A stretch of DNA of 64,000 bases from Octopus sinensis (GCF_006345805.1 NW_021832232.1:488229-552228); one strand, 5' to 3'; shown: positions 12,600 through 25,735, counted from the first letter of the stretch. Translations and numbers: made by a program. The notes: a model not told the origin generated them from the letters alone.

Positions 12600-13286
12600 G
12601 AAATTTTCTGACGAACACTTTTTAAGAGTATATTTTTGTAGTATATTCCTGTTTCGTCCGCATTATAAATATTTTTGGGTCCATATTCTTGCAGTTTTGT
12701 GCTAATTACTTAAATACAAGAATTGATTTCATCTTCAATGTTTACTTCCGTCATATAAGACTCTCCATGAAGAGTTCTTAACTTAATATTATTGCGTTTC
12801 TTGAATTTAAAAAGCCAGCCATTTCTAGCCTTAAATCAGTAATTCCCATGTCGGCGACTTTTTTTGCTTTGAAAAGAATAGAATTATCGTCAAGAATCTG
12901 GCACGAGGTTCGATATGTTCCATCCATGTCATAACTTGTGTATCAATAGTTGAATATGTTGAATTGAATAGGCGTTTTTTGGCTGAGTAAAAAGTATTTT
13001 TTTTGTTTCTCAAGCCGTAGATCATTAATTGATCACCGTGAATTTTTTTTCTAAAGATTGAGGAAAAAACAGAGGCTATATGTTTCATTGTCATATGTTT
13101 GTCATCATCGATGTATGCTATTATGCATCTTTTTTCATTAAATGTTAGTCTAGTACACTTGCGCATGTTGGATAAAGCGTGATTAAAATTATCTTGTATT
13201 AAAAGTTAGTTTAACCAAAAAAGATTTTTTTAATAATAAAAATAGTGGCAAGATTTAGAATTTGGTGAGCAATAGAGGTTTGACTG
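12600..13286 (-). mobile_element. pogo/Tigger transposase relic with one TIR
   Basis: CENP-B-type HTH (RLTFNEKRCII...IDTQVMTWMEH) in ORF 12831-13166. CAGTCAAACCTCTATTG end on the minus strand at 13286. No partner TIR seen. Confidence 0.6.
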
Positions 13287-13492
13287 ATTGAGAAATGGTG
13301 GTTCGATAGTCTGATTAACGATTTCTATTATTCCCTTAAAATAATTTATCGTTAATTAGAAAAATTAAAGATCAACAAAATCAATCTGTACAAGCTGATT
13401 CATTTTATTAGATGTTAAAATCATTTATTGAAATCATAAAATAATAAATTCCTGAATCATAAAGTATTAAGTAATGTTAAAGAAACAAAAAA

Positions 13493-14480
13493 TTATAATT
13501 TTCTAAGGAAGTAAATTGTAACTATGTCAGTCATAAGCTAAAAATATAATAAAAAATGTCCTACCATTAGAAGTGCAATTACTGCTATTCCGATTTTAAT
13601 AAACATTTCAAATGGTCGAATTTTGTCCCAAATTTTATCAAAGCATCCCTAAAATATACAAATATGAAGTGACCTGTTTACTATTTGAATATTTTTCATC
13701 GTATTGGTTGGTCATTAGACAAGCTGTAAAGTTTGCATTTGTCAGTTGGTTAACGTTTTGAATATTTCCTTTGCAGCAAGAAGGAGGATAAGGAACAGTT
13801 TCAATTTTTCCGTCGACAATTGCTGTGGAATCCCAATATGTAAGATTTTTAAAATCAGTAGAGTTGTAGACTCCACAACATTGTAACTAATTGGCAACAT
13901 TTATTATAATTATGATTACGGAAATTTCTATGCTATCAACAATGTTTGTGTATGTTATTGATTTGTTGTAATTATCAAAAATATTTTTCCGAATATAAAT
14001 TTTAGCATAGTTTGATATCTTTTGTGATCATTTATAATTAGCATACTTTGTCTTTCATTGCAAAAAAACTTATAACTCCCACAATAATTGAAAAAAGTAA
14101 TAAAGTAATTATAAATGCATACTATAATATATGACCATAAAATACATACTATTGTCAGTTTGCATTTGTTTTCTCTTATAGCTCCACAACACCCAAAAAA
14201 TCCAGTTAAAATTATAAATGGTCCTAATACGAGAATGAAATACATTATTCCTGATAAAGATCCAAATATTTTTATCATCTTGAATGCATTTGCCGCATCC
14301 GGGGATGCACTTTTTGATATTAAATGGAATAAAGGATCTCCCACTAACAAAAAAATGCCAATTCCGAGAATTGTCAAACCAACTGCCTAGTTAACATAAT
14401 GTATATTCGATAATTACAAAAATCGGAATATTAAACAACACAAGATAACATTTCTGAGAACGAATACCCATTTCTTTCAT
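13493..14480 (-). CDS. Tetraspanin
   Basis: KCYLVLFNIPIF|AVGLTILGIGIFL (TM1), GPFIILTGFFGCCGAIRENKC (TM2/3 signature), large loop CCG...PPSCC...C...C, TM4 IKIGIAVIALLM|LMTDIVTIYFL*. Confidence 0.9.
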
Positions 14481-14900
14481 TTTTTACGCGAAAAAGTAAT
14501 TTATAAATCAATCGTAAAATCGATTGCACTTAAATGACTATAAAAGATATTTTCTAGGCATTCTGACAATCCGTGAATATAATTTAACGTGTTATCGTAA
14601 AAATTCCAACTTTTAATCTTTGAAGACTTTTCCAAAAATATAGTTTAGTAATAAAAACAAGAATATATCTCATCGAGAAACAATCATATTCAAATTGAAT
14701 TTCACATATGTTACCTTTCCATATGGAACATATTGAGTAAATTAAGAACAAAATTAAACATTCAATTAATAAATTAACTTTGTTCCTTGCTAATACTAAA
14801 CAGCCGTTCAGACGTCATTACTTGTCGTATACTTAAAATCATACATTTTTCAAATAGTATAGCTCAAATAAAACATAAATACAAACCAACAGTAAAAAAA

Positions 14901-16636
14901 TTAAAGACACTTAAAATCATCAGAGTTTTCAAAATTCTTCACATTAACACAACTCCCGCTTATATGTACTTCATTCCACTCAACATAGTCGAAAAACACA
15001 TACAAGCCCTATGTCTTAAAACCAACAAATAACAACTGTGTCTTTGCACACCAGTCGATACCAAGTAACATTATCGGGAAGAAATACCCAACCCCTGGCC
15101 TTTAAAGCCTTGACTGCAATATATTGGACAAGTGTTTGCTACAAATAAGTAATCTCCAGTCAACCTCCATATAGTAAAATAAGACAAATAGCATTTCTGA
15201 ATCCAATTGAATGTAGAATTTGAAAGTCATCATATGGCTATTAATTCCCACTGGATGACAATCAGGTGTCTTAACGGCAGCATAATATAAAACAAAACTA
15301 AAAATATTTTAATTTTGGTATACGGAAGTTTTTCGTTTACATAATATAATGTCTGATCGTAATTAGACTTGATTAGTGCATTAACACGTCTTTTTTCATC
15401 CTTTGTCATTGATTCGTAGACGTCCTTTGGAACTTCAGATTCTGGAGGAACTTCTTGAAACTCAACTAAAATAATTGTCAGTTAATAACCATCCCCTTCT
15501 GACTCGACACGTGGATAAAACTTCTTTCCAAAAGGCACTTCAAATTTGCTGGTTTCCTGAACACTGTAAACACGGAATACTTCTTGTAGCACTCCAGTAC
15601 TAGACGCGGGTGTGAACGAATGGGCTCCTACTGTGGTGGGCGACGGGGTAGTTGGTCTGAAATATATTAACATATCTACTCTGGCGAACGGCGTCTTATA
15701 ATTTTAACTCCATCCCCTGAAAATTGATTTTGGGGCATTTTCTGGCAAAGGAGTGGAAGACCGACTGTTTGATAAATTCAGCTAAATTACCAACCGTCGT
15801 TCAGTTCTCCGTAAACTGTTGGATCATCGGCCAAGTTCTCTCCACCTACCAGCCCATTTATAAAATTATTGATCGAATCTTTATTTTTTTCGATCTTTAA
15901 TATGAAAACACATCAAAAATAGACCAAGGCAACTTCCACGGAATTGAGTTGGTATTGCGCCAGAATACTGTCCAGTTTGTCAATGTGGGCACAAATTTGC
16001 TTCGTTTTAAACCTCATGTACTGATCAAAATATTCAAATAAAATTACAGTTCGCAAATCACGGTTTTTGGCTCCACTCAAGCCGGAAAGTTCACGTTCTT
16101 GAATTTTCAAATATTTCTTGAGTTGTCTTATTAGATCCTACAAATTGACAAATTCAAATTATACCAACAGCCAGTTCAAATTTTGGTCGCGTAGTACTGG
16201 AGCCGAGGATTGTTGGATTTCACTTTGGGTTTTGTTGAACATAGTTTCTATATTTTTATATCTTTCCATAATCTGATAAGTGATAACTTTACAAAAATTA
16301 CGGTTTTTATTTCCCCAATTTTTTCGGCAATCATATTTTGGTCAGCTAAAGATTGTCTGTTTTTTGAAATCTCTGCAGGAGAATGCCACAATGTGAATTT
16401 TTCAAGATATTTTTTTATTTCTGAAGTGATGGGCTTTATTTTAAATTCTATTTTGTCTCTAACTGATGGATCCCTTGTTTGTTCGTACTTTTAAAATTAA
16501 ACTATATCAGATACATTGAATATAAGTTCCTTAAAAATGGAAATGGAATCCAGATAAGCTCTCACTGTTTTTTCCAATTCGACTATCATACTTTAATAAA
16601 TCTAAAATTACCATGGAACCGTTTCTTATCTGCCAT
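14901..16636 (-). CDS. CNOT3: CCR4-NOT subunit 3 (Not3/Not5), many short exons
   Basis: N-terminus MADKKRFH|VELEKTVRAYLD corresponds to MADKRKLQGEIDRCLKKV, and QICAHIDKLDSIL to YHVRMLETIL. NOT-box LDSEMLFVLFYYME|QTLVQYIAVKALKARGWVF...GLYVFFDYVEW. Some central exon borders are unresolved. Confidence 0.85.
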
Positions 16637-16925
16637 ATCACAAGCAAACGATTATTCTTATTTTTATAATTAAAATTTAAATTACATAATTATTATTTTT
16701 TTAATAATAACACAATAATTTTTATTATGTAACCCATTCATAACTTTATTATATTTTGTTCCAAATATAGATTTTAACTTTCATTTTTAATTATTTTTTA
16801 ATATTTTTCCCAACTGTTAATTATTGAATTTTTAATCATAAAATAATTTACCATATGGAATTAATTATTTGACACCTGTTCGGATTTTACTTATATATGA
16901 TGAAGTTTATAAGTTTATACAATAA

Positions 16926-17505
16926 ATGATTTCTTTATCAAAAATATGTTTGATTTTATTATCCGTTTCACAATTGTATTTATTAAATACTACTTTTTTA
17001 GTACATCACGTGGCGACATTAATAGCAGAGCTGAAACTTTGAAAAAAATTAAATCTGATTTGATTGATATTAGACCAAAAAATATGAAGGTCTTTGAATT
17101 GGCTGATGAGAATGGAGACGGAAAATTGTCAGTAGGAGAACATATTTCGCTATTTTTTAAAAAGTGTCCACAAAAATTTGATATTCAAATTTCCAGTATT
17201 TTTTGTATTTCCAGTATTATTATAGTCGGGGATAATGAAGCCAGTTCTAAAAATTTAGAAAATTGTTATATAAACTTTGGAATTCCTTCTTATTATGCTT
17301 GTCTGTTTGTTGCCCCACTTGATAGGAACCGAGATAAAATTATAACCCAGGAAGAAATAGTAAAAAAACACAAAAAACAGGATTTAAATAGTTATGTAGT
17401 ATACATTTATTTTTAGAAGATGGATACATTACAGGAGAAGAAATCATTACTTATTTCCACCAAAAACTGCCACGCCTTTTAAAAAAGACAACATGTTCTC
17501 ATTAA
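16926..17505 (+). CDS. Small putative secreted EF-hand Ca2+-binding protein
   Basis: Spliced N-terminus MISLSKICLILLSVSQ|F is signal-peptide-like. EF loops DENGDGKLSVGE, DRNRDKIITQEE, and DLN|KDGYITGEE across a short intron. Confidence 0.7.
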
Positions 17506-17579
17506 TCAATTAGTATTGCTACTAACAATCTAATTAATAATTATTGAATACTAATATTTGTTTGTCATTTTTCTGTATA

Positions 17580-19045
17580 CACCCCTCGACATTAAAATCC
17601 GGACAGTTAATAAATCGTCATTTTTATTATCAATTTTATTAAATTAAAAACTTAAGCATGCTAATATCATCTATATTTTTTAATTTTATAATATTTATCC
17701 ATAAATCTTTTTAAAATATTGAGAATAAAGCAAAAAACCGATTTTTTAAGACAAAAAATTCCGGACAAATGTCAAAAATAAAATATCAGTAAGGAATATG
17801 CTTTCCTCTCAATTTATATAACTCTAAACTACGAGTTTTCATCGAATTTATTAATTTTCGAATAAAATCAATTGGAATTTTATTCCGAATTTTTAATATT
17901 TTATCCTTTTGTTGATGTTTATTTTTTGGTCGATTTTCTGTATCATCCCTCGATAATTCATATTTAATTTTTGACCAAATATGTTCAATGGGATTCATAT
18001 CGGGGGATTGTGCCGGCCAATAGAATAAATTAATTTTGTTTGCAGAAAAATACTCCTTTGTTGCTTTCGAAGTATGACATGGGGCATTGTCTTGCTGGAA
18101 TATGAAGGTGTTTAATCCCATTTTAATGGCTGATTTTTCCAGATTGTTAGCAAGAATGTTTATATATTGTCCTGAGTTTATTTTTTCATCGATGAAACAT
18201 AACGAACCCATTCCAAAATATGAAAAGCATCCCCAGACCATAATTTTGCCGCCACCACACTTAACAGTTGGGTGATAATTTGAATTTTTGAATTCATTTC
18301 CCCTTTTTCGATATATTATTTTTCTTTTTGGTGCATAATAAAGTTCAAAAGTACACTCGTCTGAAAAAATGACTGATCTCCATCCTTCATCATACATACC
18401 AACGAATATTTTCGATATTTCATATTTTTTGAGTATGTTTTTTTACTTAACAATGGTTTTTTCTTTGCTACTCTTCCAAATAAACCATTCTTATTTAAAT
18501 TGCGGGTAATTGTTCGCGGGGAAATTACTTTTTGAGTGATGGTTTCCATTTCTAGAGCGAGGTCTTTAGCAGATTTTTCACTATTGGCTTTAGAAAGTTC
18601 CACTAACATTTTGATTTCGTTTGTATTGAGTAATGTTGGTCTTCCAGACCCACTTTTACTATAAATGGTTCCTGAGTTTATGTATTTTCGAACAACATCG
18701 AAAACGGTCGATTTTGGAACTCTGAGGATATCAGAAATTCTCCTATAAGAAAAATTTTGGTGGTAAAAAGAAATAATTTGTCCTTTACAAAAAGAATTCA
18801 TTAATTTTTTCTAAAATATTTAAAAAAAATTAGCTCTTTTAACTATAATAGCAAAAGTGTCCGGAATTTTACGCCACTGAAAACACGTTTTATGCTTTTA
18901 AATATCGTTTTATAAAACTTTTGTAAATATATTTTTTTAAATATAAAAATATAGAAAAGATTATTATGCTCAAAGGTTTTTTTTTCTAAATTTGATAATA
19001 AAAATGACGATTTATTAATTGTCCGGATTTTAATGTTGAGGGGTG
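17580..19045 (-). mobile_element. Full-length Tc1 (DD34E) transposon, TA TSD, transposase with one frameshift
   Basis: TA|CACCCCTCGACATTAAAATCCGGACA ... TGTCCGGATTTTAATGTTGAGGGGTG|TA. Inner CCGGACA repeats. ORFs 18316-18801 and 17786-18397 with FSDE, QQDNAPCH, SPDMNPIE (34 residues between D and E). The frameshift lies in an A-run. Confidence 0.95.
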
Positions 19046-20175
19046 TATACAAACGAAATTTGTCTGAATTATCAGTAAATTAATTCCCATGCCATTGAAT
19101 AAGAATTAATTTTTTTTAATTTTAAAATGATTATTCAATTAGTATATTTGTTTAAAGATGACGTGGTTCTATTTCTCTGATCGATATTTTTACTTATCAA
19201 AAACTCAAAAATCATTTCTTACAAATATTAAAATGTGAGGCTGGTTTTATAAATTTTACTTTACATTTTTACACATTAGTATTTAACTTAATTCCATCAG
19301 AAGAACAAAGTTTGAGTATTGTTAATATAATTGATTGATATTTTGTCAAAATATATTGACAATATGTTAAAACAATCCGCAAGAAATCAAAATGTGGAAA
19401 ATAACCTTAAATTGTTTTCAATGACTCAATTCAATATAATTTGGAAAAATTTGACAAATTAAAGTATTACCTCTTTGACACAAAAGAAAATTACAATGAT
19501 TCAATTAAATTTTTTGATTTAGAAATACATAAATGTTCATTTTCTATTATAAATTACAGTTAAATGACCTTGTAAGATGAACACTCAATTACCCAGTCAC
19601 TTTTATACAAGGTCACTGTCATACTAGTACTCAAAACCGATCAGAGACGTTATTTGAATACTTCTAAGCCCGAATATTTGTTTAAATCGGTTTTTTATTT
19701 ACTCAGACTGCCTTAGATTTGTTGGTGATTTTTACTGCTTGTTAGATCGATAGATTATCAATTAACATCAAAGCTACTAGAAATATGAGAAGTTATGTAA
19801 TAAAATTCTGTATTAAATAAAATAGATTATTGTCACGTGCTTATTGATGTGATAATGTAATAAAATCTAAAATGCGCCGAAAATTATAAATCAATTATAT
19901 AAATTATAAAACTATGATAATGTATTAATTCCCTATCAAAGAAAACATGATACATAAATGTCTCATAATGTCGTGAAAAGTATCACGTGACTTTAAGTGT
20001 TAAATATCGATCTTTATAACCGTCACTTAGTCAAATTTGCTTGGCGCAAACAACCCAAATGCGCTACAAGAAACGGTATAAACGCGACTAAAATGATTTT
20101 TCGACGTTCGTGTTCTGCTTGCCATGCAATATAGGCGGTTAAAATTATTTAAGTAACATTCAATATAACGCCACA

Positions 20176-22579
20176 ATGTTTAGAGTGGAGAATGTCGAGT
20201 TGTTAAATGTTAAAATTGAAGATAAATTAAAATATACTGACTTTGATTTTAAGTCTATGATGATTACTCGAAAATTCTTGGTTATTTGCATAAATTATAA
20301 TCTTTTAGCTTAAGCCATACGATTCCTTCATTAAACGAATAAGAAACGAAAAGTGGATTGATAAATTTCATGAATCTGGAGAAGCTCTTCTCCACATTTA
20401 CTACATTTTATATAACTTGAGAAGAAATAGAACTGTTCTTAGGATTTTATCAGAATGTGAGGATTTTCGTACTTTGAGATCATTTTTTGAATGTTTAAAA
20501 AGTCGAGCCCCACCAGTACTCAAACTTATCGTTTTATCAATCCTCAATTCTTGTTTTGTAGTCAGTTTTCTGATGGAAAATAGACAAGATGTACAGATTA
20601 TTCAGTTACTTTGCACCAACTATATTTCTAATGGTGAAATTAGTGATCAATTTTCTCTCAAATTCTGTGGAAAGTCTGTTTGGCATGCTTCGTGTCTGAA
20701 AAGATTTATTTCAAAGGATTTTTATACGGACACCAATTTTGAAAATGCATGTGATTATTCTTATTCAAATGGATTGAAACATGAAGCAATACAATTGAAA
20801 TTCTCAATTTTTTGTCTGTCAATTTTAAGTAAACTTATGTCTGAAGGGGCTATATTTGACATCACACAAGACAATTCACTTATTAATGTTTATTTGGCAT
20901 GTTTTGAACGTTTCCCTGTCGATATTTGTAGTATATGTGTTCAAGCATTTTTAATGTTTGCTGTTTTTTCACCTGTTACAGTACAAGTATATTTTGTTTT
21001 CTCATTTCTAGTCCGAATGTATGGTTAAACAGTTGGTAAATTGTCTTATGAACAGAATTGAGGATTATTCTAATCTAAATTTAGTCCATTCCTTGTTAAC
21101 CATAATCATTTTGAAAGATAAGTTTAACGAAAAGGACGTTAATGAGTCCATACTACATGATTCAATAAAAAAAGTAATTTTAAACACCTCTCCTTTGGAA
21201 TTGGTGACATGTGATCGAGTCCTACCTTCAGAAAATGTAATAATTCAATTAATCGAAATATACGAAAATAAACTACATGATTCCCCTTTTGCCATAATTT
21301 CATTTTATTTGAATGCGATAATATATTACCGAATCACAAAATTAGAATCCAAGGTAGTTATGTAATGATACATATTCCAGGCCGTTATCCAAGAGTATGG
21401 ATTGTTTTTACGTAAGGCTGCTATTATGGGTTGTAATTCAGTCAAGTCTTTATCCATCGAAATCCTCCAGCAGTTGCAAGTTCCTCTTCCGCAGAGATCT
21501 CTCAGTCGTGTTGTTCATAAATGGAAGCTTCAAGATATTAAATTATGGCTCGAATGCATTGGTGCATTAATTTTTTGATAAAAGTTAGGGGTTGGGACTA
21601 CTTCCTATAATAACTGGGGAAATCTTCTTCACCCGGGAGAAATTCTTCTCAATAGTGAGATTTCAGATATTGAGAAGGTTTTTGGGATTGATTTTTCAAG
21701 AATTGGACGCCTTCGGTGAGAAATCTACAATTTATTTGCAGCTTAAAAAGAGAATTGGAATATTTACGAATATGGGCTGACTATTCTTCATTAAATGCAC
21801 CATTTTTGGTCACTTTCCTTGAAAATATATCCTACGATATGCGGAAATATACTTTTTCCATACATTCAGAGGGGGGAATTGAGACAATTAGTGACCGACA
21901 AATCCACAGTGGCGATAAAAAACGAATTATTAACGCTATAAATGGTTTATCTGTACTTTTTAGCATTTCTAGAGTCTAGGAGCATGTCTAACGACAGTAC
22001 TACTCCCTGCAGTATAACTACTCAAATCTGCCCAGAATACTTTGATGTTTTTGTTTCATATCGAAGGGATTTCGGGTCTCATTTAGCAAGGTTGCCTTTG
22101 ATTTATACATTTGTCAGTCTTCTGCAATATGTTTTAAAATCTCGCGGTTTTAAGGTCTTTCTGGACGTGAAAACGCTCAATTCTGGCTGTTTTGGGTCGA
22201 AAATTGTCGAGTCAATTGTTAATAGCAACAACGTCGTGGTTATTCTATCGAAGGGGGCTTTAGACAGGTGTCTTGAGGATGATCAGGACTATTTTAACTT
22301 GGTAGAAATCATTCATTTAAATTTGTGACTTAGGAAATATCCACAGCAATGAATGAGGGAATTAACATCATTCCAATATTTTACAATTTTGACCGACCAG
22401 CTGTAGGCTCATTGCCTGAAGTGCTTGAAAATTTCTTAAAAATGAATGGAGTTAGTTGGTCTCACGAGTATCAGGATGCCACCATTGAGAAACTAATTTC
22501 TTTCCTTACTCCCGATTGTCGATCAATGCATCGTTCATTTTCAATGGTTCTACTGGTTATCTCCCATGTCCTCGCATGA
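20176..22579 (+). CDS. SARM1: SARM1 ortholog (ARM-SAM-SAM-TIR NADase)
   Basis: VPLPQRSLSRVVHKWKLQDIKLWLECIG corresponds to [27 protein letters not shown], and LKRELEYLRIWADYS to FFRELTELKTFANYS. TIR: DVFVSYRRDFGSHLA..LKSRGFKVFLDV..GCF..NVVVILSKGALDRC..DYFNL|EISTA..IIPI..NGVSWSHEYQDATIEKLISFL. Confidence 0.9.
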
Positions 22580-22799
22580 GAAATTCGTTTCCAGGCTGAT
22601 ATTCGAGTATTTATAAATGTTTAAGCTTTGCATGTTAATAAAGGTTTCTTTAATTTATGCATCATCTTTTGACACTAATTAATTTTAATCACATTGAAAT
22701 TATTCAAGAGCTTTATTGATTGCCGTCACTTTAAGGTCAATGATAATACTTTTGAATTAGTAAATTTTTTTAATCAAATAATTTATTGAAAAAAAAGGG

Positions 22800-22960
22800 A
22801 AAAGGTCACACACTCCCAGCGGATATAATCGTTTGCCTGATCCCCAGATGACTGCCAATGAGAGAGGCTGAAACTGATATTGTGTCTCACAAGGGTCCTT
22901 CATGTATACAGAGATCAACGAACCAATCATTCTGATGAAGAAGAGAGTCGATGATTAGAA
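22800..22960 (-). mobile_element. CRE-family 3' stub
   Basis: Minus frame FFIRMIGSLISVYMKDPCETQYQFQPLSLAVIWG resembles the element C-terminus FLKEIGRKI..DWREPTWLRQRIGLAVVRG. Confidence 0.55.
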
Positions 22961-23022
22961 AAATTATCATTGTTTTTGTATTACTTTTTCTAAAATCGTC
23001 ATCTTAATAATAAAATGGTATG

Positions 23023-23066
23023 GTGTGTGTCTGTCTGTCTGTCTGTGTGTCTGTCTGTCTGTCTGT
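23023..23066. repeat. (GT)n/(CTGT)n microsatellite inside the Helitron 5' end
   Basis: gtgtgtgtctgtctgtctgtctgtgtgtctgtctgtctgtctgt read directly. Confidence 0.95.
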
Positions 23067-23195
23067 GCACACCCACATTCAAATTGTTACAAACCAGATC
23101 AAATTGTCAAAACCTTCCCTTTTGTAGTTATTCGATAATGAGGCACAATAAAAGGTTGATATCCTCTAAGAACCTTCCTGTCAAAAAATTTTAAT

Positions 23196-23604
23196 AAGAA
23201 AGAATATCCTCGATGATGAGGTCCCCCAAAACCTTCAAGTCAATTTTCTGCGTTTTTGTTAAAATGAACAACAAGAAGTCCTCGACTCACATGATGTGGT
23301 CCCCCAAAACCTTCAAGCCAAAAAATTAAAAAAAATTATTTTCTGCGTTTTTGTTAAAATGAACAACAGAAAGTCCTCGACTCACATGATGTGGTCCCCC
23401 AAAACCTTCAAGCCAAAAAATTAAAAAAAATTATTTTCTGCGTTTTTGTTAAAATGAACAACAAGAAAGTCCTCGACTCACATGATGTGGTCCCCCAAAA
23501 CCTTCAAGCCAAAAATTAAAAAAAAAATTTTCTGCGTTTTTGTTAAAATGAACGACAAGAAAGTCCTCGACTCACATGATGAGGTCCTCCACAACCTTCA
23601 AGCC
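23196..23604. repeat. Minisatellite, about 4.5 copies of a roughly 94-bp unit, inside the Helitron
   Basis: Unit aagaaagtcctcgactcacatgatgtggtcccccaaaaccttcaagcc-A-rich-ttttctgcgtttttgttaaaatgaacaac repeated head-to-tail without spacers. Confidence 0.95.
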
Positions 23605-25319
23605 TCGTGAGGCCATTAATTAGCTTAGCTATCTTTTTTCGAAGACATAAATTCTTTTTTGTTAAATTTTCGTTAAAAAAATAAAATAAAAGCTCTAATT
23701 GTTATCGACCATGAATAGACTGTGCAATTATCAGATTTTGAAAACCACTAAAAAGGAAAAAGCAAAAATTATTAGAGATTTACATAATTGATTCTTTTTA
23801 ACTGCCGAAACTGACAAATTCGATTATGCTACTGTTTAGATTTCTTAAAAGATAGAGGCAAATAAAATTTAATTAGTCATGTAAATTTCAATTTGCCTAT
23901 ATTTAAATCTCCTTGATTTAACAGGCTTTAATTTTTTTCCTTATAATACTACAAAGATGAAGCTGATTATCATTTTCTTTACCGAAACAGACAAGTTCGA
24001 TTATGCTAAAGTTTCAATTCCTTTAAACATAGAGGCAATTAAGTATAATGGCTTTGATTGGATAATACACTTTACATAAATTTCACTAAATAAATTTACG
24101 TAGAAAATTTAATATAAATTACTGATTCGCGTTTACAAAATCATAAGAATGTCCTATAAAGAGAGATCTGAGAATGTTAACAAACAAGAGAATATGAACC
24201 ATATAACAAAAAAAGAGAAACGAGGGAAGATGTGCTTAAATGGTGAGGGAACTTAGACAACAGCTGAACAAGGTCAGGACTGCTGTTAGACTCAACTACG
24301 GGTAATAGAATTATGCATTCTAGGTTAATTGTTTGGGATGAATGTACGATGGCTCATAAAGGCGCATTCAAGCAGTTGACCGAACATATAGAGATATCAA
24401 GAATTGTAGCGACCATTTGTTTGGGGGAGCATTAGTTGTATTGGCAGGTGATTTTAGACAGACGCTGCCAATTATTCAAAGAGGGACGCCTGCGGATGAA
24501 TTGAATGCCTGCCTCAAATCGTCATATTTGTGGACACACGTGAAAAAGGTAAGCTTAGATGTAAATGTACATGCACATTTACAAGGCGTTAATAGCATAT
24601 TCCCAAAATCCTTCTAGATATTGGAAATGGGGCAATCACTTCAGAAATGCACGACCAGAAAATTAGGCTACCGGAAGAATTATGTATTTTCGTAGAAACA
24701 GCAGAAGAATTATTGAATGCCGTCTATTCCGAAATCTGAACACTACGTGAATTTCGACTGGCTGCGTGAACGAGCTATATTAGCTCCACTTAATGATGAG
24801 GTACTTAATATAAATTTAGATTTATTAATGAAAATCCCTGGCAGAGAAAGAATATATAAATCGGTCGACGTTATTATGGACCATGAAAGGGCCTGCGATA
24901 GATTTAAGAGACTACAATTTCCGCTGAAGATAAGTTTTGCTATGACAATAAACAAGGCCCAGGGACAGTTTAAAGGTAGTAGGCTTATTTTTAGAGAACG
25001 AGTGCTTTTCACATGGCCAGCTGTATGTGGGGTGCTCAAGGGTAGGTAGAAGAGAAATTTATTTATATTTGCCAAGGATGGACGGACTGCAAACATCGTT
25101 TATCCACAGGCCTTAGAATAAGGTTATATCAAAGCAGGTCGCATTTATATATCTACATAAATTTATAGTTATTTAAGGAAACTGCGAGCGTAGCGAGCAG
25201 GGCCTCCGCAGGAGCTAGCTCGCAGTGAGCGAAGCGAACTGCTGAGCTAGTATTTAATAAGCTTTGATGCAGTTTTTGTATCAGGAGGCGAGTTTTTTTT
25301 TTTTAATATTTTCGGTTTG

Positions 25320-25735
25320 TGGCGTCCGCCAAGCCTCGGCCGATTAGGTGCGATGCTGCGGAGAAATATCACGGATGAAAATGAGAGTATCGTCTGTGCA
25401 CGTTACATCCCAGATGAGGCATTTTCCACAGCGGAATGGGAAGGTTTTCATCCCATTTAGGGGCTTGCCGTCCCCCTGTCCAAACCGACTAGTTCAAGTA
25501 CATTCGGGAAACTGGCAGGAATAAGTGATCTCAAGATGACGTCGTTGAGTGTCCCATGACGAGGCAAGCGAGCTGCGTCCCGGCGGCACGAGAAGGAGTG
25601 GAAACCTTTCACATTCACCGTGCCTCGGCATCTACACCGATGTGGCGTGCAGATGTCAAGACCCAGCTGTCAAAACTCAACTCCAATCCGGAGGATCTCA
25701 ACGGGCAGGCGTCGAGCCAAGAGTCATTGCGTTTT
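25320..25735 (-). mobile_element. CRE-family zinc-knuckle/REL fragment
   Basis: Minus strand: DSWLDACP..GLDICTPHRCRC..HSFSCRR..LNDVI..ELVGL..CLIWDVTCTD, frameshifted. Confidence 0.8.

Larger units (their letters stand above)
23002..25250 (+). mobile_element. Non-autonomous Helitron with PIF1 helicase remnants
   Basis: A|TC 5' end followed by a (CTGT)n microsatellite. 3' hairpin ending CTAG|T. Remnants FGGALVVLAGDFRQTLP..DELNACLKSSYLW, WLRERAILAP and RLQFPLKISFAMTINKAQGQ. Confidence 0.9.

Noticed and set aside
9025-13286. Similar 35-bp sequences at about 9030 and 13250 as TIRs bracketing the CRE element
   Set aside because: They are in direct, not inverted, orientation and degenerate; probably two separate pogo end relics.
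17786-18801. Treating the Tc1 frameshift as proof of inactivity
   Set aside because: It lies in an A-run, and paralog comparisons (28400-28680 versus 33890-34120) show many single-base indels typical of unpolished long-read assembly. Activity status is undetermined.
19140-19650. Possible Penelope-like RT relic (DDVVLF, IKFFDLEI)
   Set aside because: Only two weak motif echoes among many stops; not enough to call.
7755-20060. E2F-site-like (TTCCCGC at about 7757, TTGGCGC at about 20042) and CACGTG E-box words
   Set aside because: Short words without conservation or expression data; cannot be distinguished from chance.
23196-23604. CRISPR-like repeat array
   Set aside because: The units are contiguous near-identical 94-mers with no unique spacers, there are no cas genes, and the context is eukaryotic inside a Helitron.
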